A stretch of 57,747 nt of DNA from Bacillota bacterium. Lineage in GTDB: Bacteria > Bacillota > JAAYKD01. The first letter of the stretch is position 1, and each line of letters starts with the position of its first letter. A model generated the notes under the pieces. It ran no database searches. It was given only the letters and a program-made list of their open reading frames with translations, and was not told the DNA's origin. Positions 36,982-44,954 of the stretch are shown here, in pieces. The stretch is from assembly GCA_012522585.1 (NCBI GenBank), contig JAAYKD010000019.1, positions 1 through 57,747 of the forward strand. Direction: 5' to 3'. The translations under genes were made by a program, and so were the position numbers.

Positions 36982-38040
36982 ATGATTTATGAAACATCCG
37001 CCGGCGGAGTTATTATTTACAAAGGTAAAGTCCTGGTTGTGCGCAATCGCTTTGGCAACTGGGTCTTCCCCAAGGGGCATATTGAAGCTGGGGAAAATGC
37101 TGAACAAGCAGCTTTGAGAGAAGTTGAAGAAGAGGTCGGCTTAAAAGCTAAGATCAGAGAAGCTATCGGCCAAACTCACTATCAGTTTACTTCAGGAGGC
37201 ATACTCAGAGACAAAACTGTCCACTGGTTCTTAATGGACGTGGCCAACCCAATCTATTCCCTCAATCGCAGGGAGGGTTTTGTCGAAGCAGCTTTTGCTC
37301 CTGTGGAAGAAGCTCAAGCCCTTTTAGCTCACGATAACGATCGTTTGCTTTTAGAAAACATCGCCGACAAAATTAAAACCGAGGAGCTAGAACAATCGAT
37401 GAAACTCACCACTATTCTTTTTGATTTAGACGGTACTCTGATCGATACGAGGAAGCTGGTAGTCGCTTCCTTCCAACACACCTTTAAAAAAGTTTTAAAT
37501 ATTGAAGTGACAGCTCAGGATGTTTTGCAAGATTACGGCCGTCCTTTGACTTATACTTTTGGTCGCTATACCCAAGACCCTGCCACAGTGGATGAAATGC
37601 TGAGAGTTTACAGAGAACACAATGTAATTTACCACGACAGTATTACCGAGGCTTTTCCTTTGGTTTACGAAGATGTTCTGCAATTACACCAAGCAGGATT
37701 TCGTTTAGGAATTGTTACCAGTAAGAAAAGGCCTGTTGTTTTGATGGGTGTTAGATTGTTCGATTTAGAGCATTTTTTTGAAGTTTATGTCTGTGAAGAG
37801 GATACTAAAAAACACAAACCAGGGCCCGAACCTATTCTGGAAGCTCTAAAGCAAATGAAAGTTAAACCTGAGGAGACTATTTACGTTGGCGACAGCCCCT
37901 ATGATATTCTCAGTGCTAAAGCAGCAGGAGTTTATTCAGCTGCGGTGATTTGGAGCAACTTCCCGGAAACCACCTGGCAAGAACTAAAGCCCGACTTGAT
38001 TCTGTCCAGATTAAATGAACTTGAAGAATATTTAATTTGA
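36982..38040 (+). CDS. Fusion protein: N-terminal NUDIX hydrolase plus C-terminal HAD-family PpaX/Gph-like phosphatase
   Basis: The Nudix box is 'PKGHIEAGENAEQAALREVEEEVGL' (residues ~30-55). HAD motif I is 'ILFDLDGTLIDT', motif II is 'IVTSK' and motif III is 'K...YVGDSPYD'. AAGGAGG RBS is present. Confidence 0.85.
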   Translation: MIYETSAGGVIIYKGKVLVVRNRFGNWVFPKGHIEAGENAEQAALREVEEEVGLKAKIREAIGQTHYQFTSGGILRDKTVHWFLMDVANPIYSLNRREGFVEAAFAPVEEAQALLAHDNDRLLLENIADKIKTEELEQSMKLTTILFDLDGTLIDTRKLVVASFQHTFKKVLNIEVTAQDVLQDYGRPLTYTFGRYTQDPATVDEMLRVYREHNVIYHDSITEAFPLVYEDVLQLHQAGFRLGIVTSKKRPVVLMGVRLFDLEHFFEVYVCEEDTKKHKPGPEPILEALKQMKVKPEETIYVGDSPYDILSAKAAGVYSAAVIWSNFPETTWQELKPDLILSRLNELEEYLI

Positions 38041-38057
38041 TATTTTAGCTATAGCAA

Positions 38058-38096
38058 AGCCCTCCTGCTGAAATTTAGTAGGAGGGCTCTCTTATT
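38058..38096. terminator. Terminator hairpin between the convergent Nudix-HAD and tcdA genes
   Basis: AGCCCTCCTGCT...AGTAGGAGGGCT, a 12-bp stem with one G-U pair. Confidence 0.55.
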
Positions 38097-38107
38097 TAAT
38101 GATAATT

Positions 38108-38827
38108 TCAATTTTGTGCAAGCAGATAATTTATCGCTCTTTCGGCAGCCATCAATCCGGCTATTGCCGGAACAAAACTATTGCTTCCGATTGAGTTTTT
38201 TTGCTCCTTTGAAGAGTCTTGATCAGGAGATGAATAGAGTGGCAAGGGACTATAGATGATGTCTATATCTTTCTTGACCTCAAGTTGCCTCACCCTTCGG
38301 CGCACCGCTCGAGCCAAAGGACAGTATTCAGTTTTACTCAATTTAGTCAAGACAAAACCTTCAGATGACATCCTCTTGCCTGTGCCTAAAACACTAACGA
38401 TTTCTATATTCTTTTTTACAGCTGCTTCGATCAGTGCCCCTTTGGCATCTACCTGATCAATTGCATCGATGATAAAATCAGGCTTGCTCTCCAACAAGTC
38501 GTCGACATTTTCTTCACTGAGCCAGAGATTATGAGGAATCACCCGGCATTCAGGGTTGATTTCCCCTACTCTTTCAAGGGCAACAGAGGTTTTAGCTCTG
38601 CCCACTGTAGAAATCAGAGCCAATAGTTGACGATTTAAATTACTCGCTTCAATTTTATCTCCATCTACAATGGTGATAGTTCCAATACCCATACGCGCCA
38701 AGGCTTCTAAGGCATAGGAGCCAACTCCACCTAAACCTACTAACAAAACCTTTTTACTCCTCAGCCTTTGATAGGCTTGAGACCCGATCAGCTGCCGGGT
38801 TCGGGCCGAAAAACTAGAATGATTCAT
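38108..38827 (-). CDS. tcdA: tRNA threonylcarbamoyladenosine dehydratase (ThiF/E1-like, TcdA/CsdL family)
   Basis: 239 aa. The 'LVGLGGVGSYALEALARMGIG' dinucleotide fold and 'VDGDKIEASNLNRQ' are present. Confidence 0.8.
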   Translation of the reverse strand: MNHSSFSARTRQLIGSQAYQRLRSKKVLLVGLGGVGSYALEALARMGIGTITIVDGDKIEASNLNRQLLALISTVGRAKTSVALERVGEINPECRVIPHNLWLSEENVDDLLESKPDFIIDAIDQVDAKGALIEAAVKKNIEIVSVLGTGKRMSSEGFVLTKLSKTEYCPLARAVRRRVRQLEVKKDIDIIYSPLPLYSSPDQDSSKEQKNSIGSNSFVPAIAGLMAAERAINYLLAQN

Positions 38828-38938
38828 CGTCGACTTCTCCTTTATTTTGCTAAAAAATACTTGACACTTGCCGTCAGCTTTTATTTAAGTTAAAATACAG
38901 GGTATAGATGTTTTAAAAACCTAATAAAGGTGAGAAAT

Positions 38939-39655
38939 ATGAAACGCTTGAAACTCAACAGAGCAATAATCCTGAAAGCCCTGGGCTTTATAACAATCGC
39001 TTTATTCATTGGTTACAATGGTTTTGGCTTTTTCTTTGGCCAAAACAGATATTATCGCGAGATCAAGAATATCAGCGTCTCCAGCCTTTCCAGCGAACTC
39101 TTACTCAAAGACTTTTCTGCTGCAAGCCAATTTCAAAATGCTCTTTTTATCGGTGACTCCTTCACCCTTGCTTTGGACAATTATGGCTATCTAGAGAATA
39201 ACGAGTTTTTGGCAGGTATTGGCTACACTTCATACGATCATGTCAATTATACCTACTTCCCTGAGGATCTAAACCCCAAAAGGATTTTTATTCTCTTAGG
39301 CATCAATGATTTGGTCCAAGGTTATTCTCCAGATGAATTCATCGAAAACTACAGAGAGTTGTTGCACGTGAGCAAGGAGATTTATCCCGATGCTAAAATC
39401 TATGTTCAGAGCATAGCTCCGGTTACCGCATCTTTCGAATATATTTATGAGGATCGGGGCAATGATCAAATCAACGAGTTTAATCAGATGCTAAAAAAAC
39501 TCTGTCAAAAAGAAAGAATAGTAATGCTCAATCCTTGGAATGCCGCCAAAGAAGAAAGCGGTGCTCTTGCAGAAAATTTGAGCAGCGATGGCTTACATCT
39601 AAACGATCAAGGCCATTTACTCTGGCTAGAACAACTACTCATCTTGCTTAAATAG
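38939..39655 (+). CDS. SGNH/GDSL-family hydrolase with an N-terminal membrane anchor
   Basis: Block I is 'FIGDSFT', block III is 'LGINDL' and block V is 'SSDGLHLN' (D-x-x-H). The ATG at 38939 follows AAAGGTGAG. Confidence 0.8.
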   Translation: MKRLKLNRAIILKALGFITIALFIGYNGFGFFFGQNRYYREIKNISVSSLSSELLLKDFSAASQFQNALFIGDSFTLALDNYGYLENNEFLAGIGYTSYDHVNYTYFPEDLNPKRIFILLGINDLVQGYSPDEFIENYRELLHVSKEIYPDAKIYVQSIAPVTASFEYIYEDRGNDQINEFNQMLKKLCQKERIVMLNPWNAAKEESGALAENLSSDGLHLNDQGHLLWLEQLLILLK

Positions 39656-39664
39656 GACAAAACA

Positions 39665-39848
39665 AACGAGTTTGATCAAATACTAAAAACTCTGTCAAAA
39701 AGGAAGAGTAGTAATGCTCAATCCTTGGAATGCAGCCAAAGAAGAAAGCGGGGCTCTTGCAGAAAATTTGAGCAGCAATGGCTTAGATCTAAACGATCAA
39801 GGCCATTTACTCTGGCTAGAACAATTGGTCATCTGGCTTAAATAGGAC
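39665..39848 (+). pseudogene. Degenerate tandem duplicate of the 3' end of the GDSL hydrolase gene
   Basis: It aligns base-for-base with 39473-39658 apart from scattered substitutions and a 2-nt deletion in an A-run. It carries its own 'CTTAAATAGGAC' end. A residual 43-codon ORF (39714-39845) reads 'MLNPWNAAKEESGALAENLSSNGLDLNDQGHLLWLEQLVIWLK'. Confidence 0.8.
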
Positions 39849-39870
39849 GAACTTCAAAAAAGAAATCGAG

Positions 39871-41118
39871 GTGGTCGCTATCAAACGACCTTTATCAAAA
39901 AAACAAAGGAAATTATTCAATTTCATCAAGGCTAGTGTAATCAACCTAGTCTCCCTTGTCATCTTAGCCGGTTTAGCTACGGCCTTTTTTACTCAAAAGA
40001 CGCCCTGGCTTTTAGGCAAACCCAGCCCCTCCATAGTTACAGAGACAAGGTTGGTTGAACGGCTCAACGATGAGGTTTCTTTGCCCAGTGGTTTAGGTAG
40101 CATTGATGATAACGGAAATATCCTGGCCTGGCTCCATACGGAAACCTCGGGAACCATTATGGAAATTAAACTCAACGGCCCCAAGGAAGAGTCGGCAAGT
40201 ATTATTTTAAAGGAATACTCTCTTTTTGTCTATGCTGATTCCAATCATCAAGTCTGGTTACATCGAGGCCAAAAAGTTCTGCAGGCTTTTAATGAGCAGA
40301 GTGAAATAGTTTGGGAATACCATTTTGATAATTGGCCCGAGAATGCTTGGGCTTCCAAAGACGGACATATCTTAACCTCACACCAAGGGGAGGGCAACGA
40401 AAGAATCTTGACCTTATTCAATAACCAAGGAGAAATCCTTTGGTATAATATTTTGCCAGATTTAGAGCCTAAAAAAGCCTTTTTAGCTCCGCAAGGTCAA
40501 GGCATCCTGCTTTTTAGTAAGATCAGAGACACCAACAGTGATTATGATGTGCAACTCTTTGGCCCTCAAGGGTTCGTCTACGATAGTATCCATTTACCCT
40601 CCCTCTCTAGCTATACAGGAACTATCTATTCTGACGGGCAAAAAGCCTATGTAAGTGGGGATAGAGAACTTTATGTTCTTGAAAATCCTGAGAAGAAAAT
40701 GATCGCCAATGTTTTTCAAAGCGCCGGTGGCGAGCTTACCGAAACAGAAAACACCACCTTCAAGTTACCAGCTTATGCCAACCTGATCAGAGCAAACGAA
40801 AACAGCAGTGAAATAGCCATAGCCTGTTGGGATGAAGTCAATAAAACAGGGTCACTGCTCTATTTGAATTCAAATATGCAAACTCTCTGGTCTCAGCCCT
40901 TAGAGGAAAAGTTGATTGACCTAGGCTTCCACGGCTCCGGCTTAGCTGTTTATGGCGGTAGCGCCAATTACCTTTTCACTTTCACCAACAACGGAGCGCC
41001 TATCTGGTCACACCACATGATTGAGGTAAATTTGATCAACCTGGCTTTCTCCGACAACGGCCGCTACGTCGCCGCTCTGGATAACAATCATCGAGTCATT
41101 GTCTGGCAAATGCCTTAA
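39871..41118 (+). CDS. Membrane-anchored beta-propeller repeat protein (PQQ/WD40-like), function unknown
   Basis: It has an N-terminal TM helix. After that come recurring blade-like 'G.ILW / IVWEY / TLWSQ / PIWSH / VIVWQ' segments. It starts at GTG. Confidence 0.5.
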   Translation: MVAIKRPLSKKQRKLFNFIKASVINLVSLVILAGLATAFFTQKTPWLLGKPSPSIVTETRLVERLNDEVSLPSGLGSIDDNGNILAWLHTETSGTIMEIKLNGPKEESASIILKEYSLFVYADSNHQVWLHRGQKVLQAFNEQSEIVWEYHFDNWPENAWASKDGHILTSHQGEGNERILTLFNNQGEILWYNILPDLEPKKAFLAPQGQGILLFSKIRDTNSDYDVQLFGPQGFVYDSIHLPSLSSYTGTIYSDGQKAYVSGDRELYVLENPEKKMIANVFQSAGGELTETENTTFKLPAYANLIRANENSSEIAIACWDEVNKTGSLLYLNSNMQTLWSQPLEEKLIDLGFHGSGLAVYGGSANYLFTFTNNGAPIWSHHMIEVNLINLAFSDNGRYVAALDNNHRVIVWQMP

Positions 41119-41148
41119 GGGCAGAATTTTACAAAAGAAGGGATTCTG

Positions 41149-41865
41149 ATGGCTGATACATTAATCAAAACTTATAACTGGGTCGACGGACTAATAGTGC
41201 TCCTCCTGCTCATCGGAGCTTGGCGGGGCTACCGTTCCGGTTTGCTCCGATCGATTATTGGCTTAATAACAACAGTGGGAGCCGTCTTGGCAGCAGTTTT
41301 CTACTATAAACCCGTCACCGAAATAATCAACCAGACTTTTTCTTTGCAGGAAAAAATTGCTGATTTTCTGACCCCCAAACTGCAAATTCCCACCATGCCT
41401 TTAAATGAAACTGATCCTGTTGCTTTTTTAATCAAGAACATGGAAAAATTAAAATTACCGGAATCAACTTTAAACTTTTTAATCAGGCAAGTGGAATCCA
41501 TCGGACGAATCAATATTCAAGCCAATGCGGGAAATTTAGGAGCCTTGGTTGCCCAACTATTATCGGCTCTGCTAATTTCAGCCCTGGCTTTTCTGCTCAT
41601 CTATTTGGCGATTCAACTGCTGGGAAGATTTCTTTTGTTCTTCCTGAGACGAGTGCTCAAATTAGCAGGGAGCTGGCCTGATCGAATCGTTGGTCTGCTG
41701 GTTGGCTTGCTCAAAGCTGCTGCTTTAATCGTCTTAACCATAGCATTTTTAGTGCCCTTGCTCACTTCAGTTGGGCAGGGTCAGATCAACCAAGCAGTCA
41801 GCCAATCACTCTTGGCCAATCGCCTGATGTCCTTATATTATGATTTCCTGACAATATTTGGTTAA
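41149..41865 (+). CDS. cvpA: CvpA-family membrane protein
   Basis: The N-terminal 'NWVDGLIVLLLLIGAWRGYRSGLLRSI' is typical of CvpA. Multiple TM helices are present. Confidence 0.7.
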   Translation: MADTLIKTYNWVDGLIVLLLLIGAWRGYRSGLLRSIIGLITTVGAVLAAVFYYKPVTEIINQTFSLQEKIADFLTPKLQIPTMPLNETDPVAFLIKNMEKLKLPESTLNFLIRQVESIGRINIQANAGNLGALVAQLLSALLISALAFLLIYLAIQLLGRFLLFFLRRVLKLAGSWPDRIVGLLVGLLKAAALIVLTIAFLVPLLTSVGQGQINQAVSQSLLANRLMSLYYDFLTIFG

Positions 41866-41876
41866 AAGGAGGAAGT

Positions 41877-42134
41877 ATGTCTGAATTCCTTATCGGCGAC
41901 ATCGTCCAGATGCGCAAGAAACATCCTTGTGGTGGCGACACCTGGGAAGTACAGCGAATAGGCATGGATTTTCGGATCAAATGCCAGACCTGTCAGCACA
42001 GTCTGCTTCTTCCCAGGAGAAAATTTGAAAAGTCAGTTAGACAGATAATCTCCCGCGGAGATCCGGAATTAACAGCTAAACAGCGACCTTTTTTCGATTA
42101 TCACAACAGCACAAAAAAGCAAGAAAACTCCTAG
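41877..42134 (+). CDS. DUF951-family small protein
   Basis: 'GDIVQMRKKHPCGGDTWEVQRIGMDFRIKCQTCQH' matches the conserved DUF951 core. This family is commonly found upstream of rpsF in Firmicutes. Confidence 0.7.
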   Translation: MSEFLIGDIVQMRKKHPCGGDTWEVQRIGMDFRIKCQTCQHSLLLPRRKFEKSVRQIISRGDPELTAKQRPFFDYHNSTKKQENS

Positions 42135-42140
42135 AATTTC

Positions 42141-42169
42141 TTGCTTTTAGTTTTTTATTATGTTATAAT
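42141..42169 (+). promoter_or_regulatory. SigA promoter of rpsF-ssb-rpsR (extended -10)
   Basis: TTGCTT, a 17-nt spacer ending in TGT, then TATAAT. Confidence 0.65.
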
Positions 42170-42175
42170 TCCATG

Positions 42176-42232
42176 ATTCCCCCGCTTTGTTAAAGACAAA
42201 GCCGCAAGTCCGGGGGGGAGGAGGTGAAAGGA
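42176..42232 (+). promoter_or_regulatory. Structured rpsF 5' leader (candidate S6:S18 autoregulatory element)
   Basis: The outer stem TCCCCCG/CGGGGGGA encloses the hairpin CTTTG-TTAAAGA-CAAAG and CCGCAAGTC. The 3' arm abuts the GGAGGAGG RBS. Confidence 0.5.
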
Positions 42233-42526
42233 ATGAATCATTACGAATTGATGTACATCGTTGCTCCCCATGTTGAAGGCGAAGCACTTGAAGCTGTTAT
42301 TGCCAGAGTTGAAGAATTAATCAACTCCGTTGGAGGTAGCATCACCGATGTAAAAAAATGGGGTAAAAGAAGATTAGCCTATGAAATTAACGATATTAAA
42401 GATGGGTTTTATGTCTTAACAACCTTTGATACCCCGCCTCAATCTCTGACTGAGATCGATCGTGTTCTCAAGTTAACAGAGCAAATCATTCGATTTTTAA
42501 TTACCAAAGACGAAACTAAAATTTAG
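42233..42526 (+). CDS. rpsF: 30S ribosomal protein S6
   Basis: 'MNHYELMYIV...' is a typical S6 N-terminus. The ATG lies 8 nt after GGAGGAGG. Confidence 0.95.
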   Translation: MNHYELMYIVAPHVEGEALEAVIARVEELINSVGGSITDVKKWGKRRLAYEINDIKDGFYVLTTFDTPPQSLTEIDRVLKLTEQIIRFLITKDETKI

Positions 42527-42553
42527 ACAAGTAAGATACGGAGGAATTAAGCG

Positions 42554-42982
42554 ATGGTTAACCATATCGTTTTGGTCGGAAGGCTCACAAGAGACCCTGA
42601 AATGCGTTACACTCCAAGCGGTGCTTCGGTTGCTCGCTTCACTTTAGCTGTTGATCGAAACAGAAGAGGCCCTGACGGAGAAAAACAAACAGATTTTATC
42701 CGTTGTAGTATTTGGAACAAGCAAGCCGAATTTGTGATGAATTATGTTCATAAAGGCCGATTGGTAGCAGTCGTCGGATCTTTACAAATAAACACCGTCA
42801 CGCAACCCGATGGCACACGCAGAGATTATACTGAAGTAAGCTGCTATTCAATTCAAGCTTTAGATCGTGGCCGAGATAGAACTGACAGCGGAGAAATCCC
42901 CGGAGACATACCTTACGAAACTTATGAAGGCCGTCAAGACAAGACTATCGATGAAAGCGATGATGACGTGCCCTTCAGCTAA
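42554..42982 (+). CDS. ssb: Single-stranded DNA-binding protein
   Basis: The OB fold begins 'NHIVLVGRLTRDPEMRYTPSG', and the acidic C-terminal tip is 'DDDVPF'. Confidence 0.95.
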   Translation: MVNHIVLVGRLTRDPEMRYTPSGASVARFTLAVDRNRRGPDGEKQTDFIRCSIWNKQAEFVMNYVHKGRLVAVVGSLQINTVTQPDGTRRDYTEVSCYSIQALDRGRDRTDSGEIPGDIPYETYEGRQDKTIDESDDDVPFS

Positions 42983-43011
42983 TTGAACAAGATAAAAGGA
43001 GATAGTTAGAC

Positions 43012-43293
43012 ATGGCTGAAACATATAATCGCCGCACTCGCAGTGACGGAGATAATAGATATGAGCGCCGCCCCCGTGGCCGACGCCCGCGCCGCCGTGT
43101 TTGCACATTCTGTGTAGACAAAGTCGATCATATCGACTACAAAGAAGTGGACAGATTACGTCGCTTCATAACTGAGCGAGGTAAAATTTTACCCCGGCGC
43201 ATCTCAGGCAACTGTGCTAAACATCAAAGAAAAATGACTCAAGCTATTAAAAGAGCCAGAATCATTGCACTTTTGCCCTTCACTTCAGAATAG
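43012..43293 (+). CDS. rpsR: 30S ribosomal protein S18
   Basis: '[43 protein letters not shown]'. Confidence 0.95.
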   Translation: MAETYNRRTRSDGDNRYERRPRGRRPRRRVCTFCVDKVDHIDYKEVDRLRRFITERGKILPRRISGNCAKHQRKMTQAIKRARIIALLPFTSE

Positions 43294-43319
43294 ATTTGAT
43301 CTATTTGAGTAAAAATTTG

Positions 43320-43348
43320 AAAGCTGGCTGTTACAGTCAGCTTTTTTG
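43320..43348 (+). terminator. Terminator after rpsR
   Basis: AAGCTGGCTG-TTAC-AGTCAGCTT (one G-U pair) followed by TTTTTTG. Confidence 0.7.
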
Positions 43349-43430
43349 TTTGTTCACGGTTAATTTATTCAATCCTGGTCAAGGGCAGGAACTCAGAGAC
43401 CTCATAGCGAAGTTTATTTAGTGCTCTTAA

Positions 43431-44417
43431 ATGCAAAAAGGAGATGAAAATTTGAATCGCTCTTACTCGGTTCGCCCTTTGACAGAGGGTGCTATGATGG
43501 CCGGCATTTTTGTATTAATGGCAATCATTACATATTATACAACAGCCATAGGCACTCTGGTGCTATTTGCCATGTCAGCCCCCAGCGCAATTTTGACCTA
43601 CCGTCAAGGTTGGAAAACAGGGCTTTTATCGGCAACAGCTTCTATATTGGTTTTACTTTTGCTGGTTGATCCTATTTTTGTCATCACCGGCTGTATTTCT
43701 CTGCAATTCACCGGTTTAGCCCTGGGCTTTGCCTTGCGTCAAGGCTATCAACCCTGGTTGGCTGTAGCGATTACAGCTATCGCCTTTTTAATCGGGTTCT
43801 TCTTTTTAATCCAAATGGGTTCGCTGCTCATGGATGTAAATTTTAATGAAGAAATGATTTCCATTTATCGAGAAGCGGCCAAAACCTCAATCGAATTAGC
43901 AGAACGTTTCAATGTCCCTGAGGAGCAAACGAGTATAATTACCCAATTACCCGATATGATCGAGGTCTTCTTTACAACTCTTTTTCCTATGCTGATAACC
44001 CTTTCCAGCTTAGCCAACGCTCTAATTAATTACCAGGTAGTCGTTATCTTGGGCAGACGCTTAAACCTCAAAGTCGAGCCCCTACCACCCTTCCAAAACT
44101 GGAGACTACCAGAATTATTTGGGCTTTTTTATATGCTAGCTTTTTTTCTCAATTATCTGGGCAAAAACAACGGCATTGAATTTTTAACCCTAGCGGCAGA
44201 CAATATATATCAATTGTTCTATATTCTAATGCAGGTCCAAGGTTTAACCATCATCACCTGGTACTTGATTAAATTCAAAGTAAACCCAGCTTTTAGATGG
44301 CTTTTACTAATATTCGTATACTTCAACCCCTATTTAGCAACCCTAGTTCTAATTTTAGGATTTCTAGATTTGATTCTGGATTTCAGAAAATTAGGCATGC
44401 GCTATCAGGATATTTAA
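43431..44417 (+). CDS. DUF2232/YybS-family integral membrane protein
   Basis: 328 aa, polytopic. Its position between rpsR and rplI matches Bacillus yybS. Confidence 0.6.
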   Translation: MQKGDENLNRSYSVRPLTEGAMMAGIFVLMAIITYYTTAIGTLVLFAMSAPSAILTYRQGWKTGLLSATASILVLLLLVDPIFVITGCISLQFTGLALGFALRQGYQPWLAVAITAIAFLIGFFFLIQMGSLLMDVNFNEEMISIYREAAKTSIELAERFNVPEEQTSIITQLPDMIEVFFTTLFPMLITLSSLANALINYQVVVILGRRLNLKVEPLPPFQNWRLPELFGLFYMLAFFLNYLGKNNGIEFLTLAADNIYQLFYILMQVQGLTIITWYLIKFKVNPAFRWLLLIFVYFNPYLATLVLILGFLDLILDFRKLGMRYQDI

Positions 44418-44464
44418 ACAGTCTTCCTGTTTAGAAGGAAATCCACAAGAAAGGACGATAAGCT

Positions 44465-44914
44465 GTGGAAGTTATTTTATTACAAGACGTCAAAGGACTA
44501 GGTAAAAAAGGAGAAAAAGTCAAAGTAGCAGAAGGCTACGGACGCAACTTTTTACTGCCTCGAGGCCTGGCTGTTGAAGCTACAGCCGCTGCCCTGAAAA
44601 AGATGCAAGAAAGAGAAAAGAACAAAGCCAGAAAAACCCAAAGAGAAAAAGAGAAAGCAATGGCTCTGGCCGATCAGCTCAAAGGTGTTGAATTGGTTAT
44701 ACAATCAAAACACAGTGAAGGCGGAAGATTATTCGGTTCGATCACCAATAGTCAGATAGCCGATGAGCTGAGTAGACAACATAAAATAAGTGTCGATCGT
44801 AAAAAAATTGAACTGAAAGAACAAATCAAAGTTTTGGGTGTTTATGAGATACCCATCAGGGTTTATCCTGAAATGACCGTCACTCTGACAGTCAGAATTC
44901 ATCCTTTAGATTGA
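44465..44914 (+). CDS. rplI: 50S ribosomal protein L9
   Basis: '[36 protein letters not shown]'. It starts at GTG. Confidence 0.95.
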   Translation: MEVILLQDVKGLGKKGEKVKVAEGYGRNFLLPRGLAVEATAAALKKMQEREKNKARKTQREKEKAMALADQLKGVELVIQSKHSEGGRLFGSITNSQIADELSRQHKISVDRKKIELKEQIKVLGVYEIPIRVYPEMTVTLTVRIHPLD

Positions 44915-44954
44915 TTGGGATAAACCGGAGTACTTATTCTGGGAGGATGAATCT

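Noticed and set aside
39714-39845. Annotating the 43-codon ORF in the duplicated GDSL fragment as a genuine CDS
   Set aside because: It is too short and is derived from a partial duplication. Without expression or conservation data it is reported only as a pseudogene fragment and a finding.
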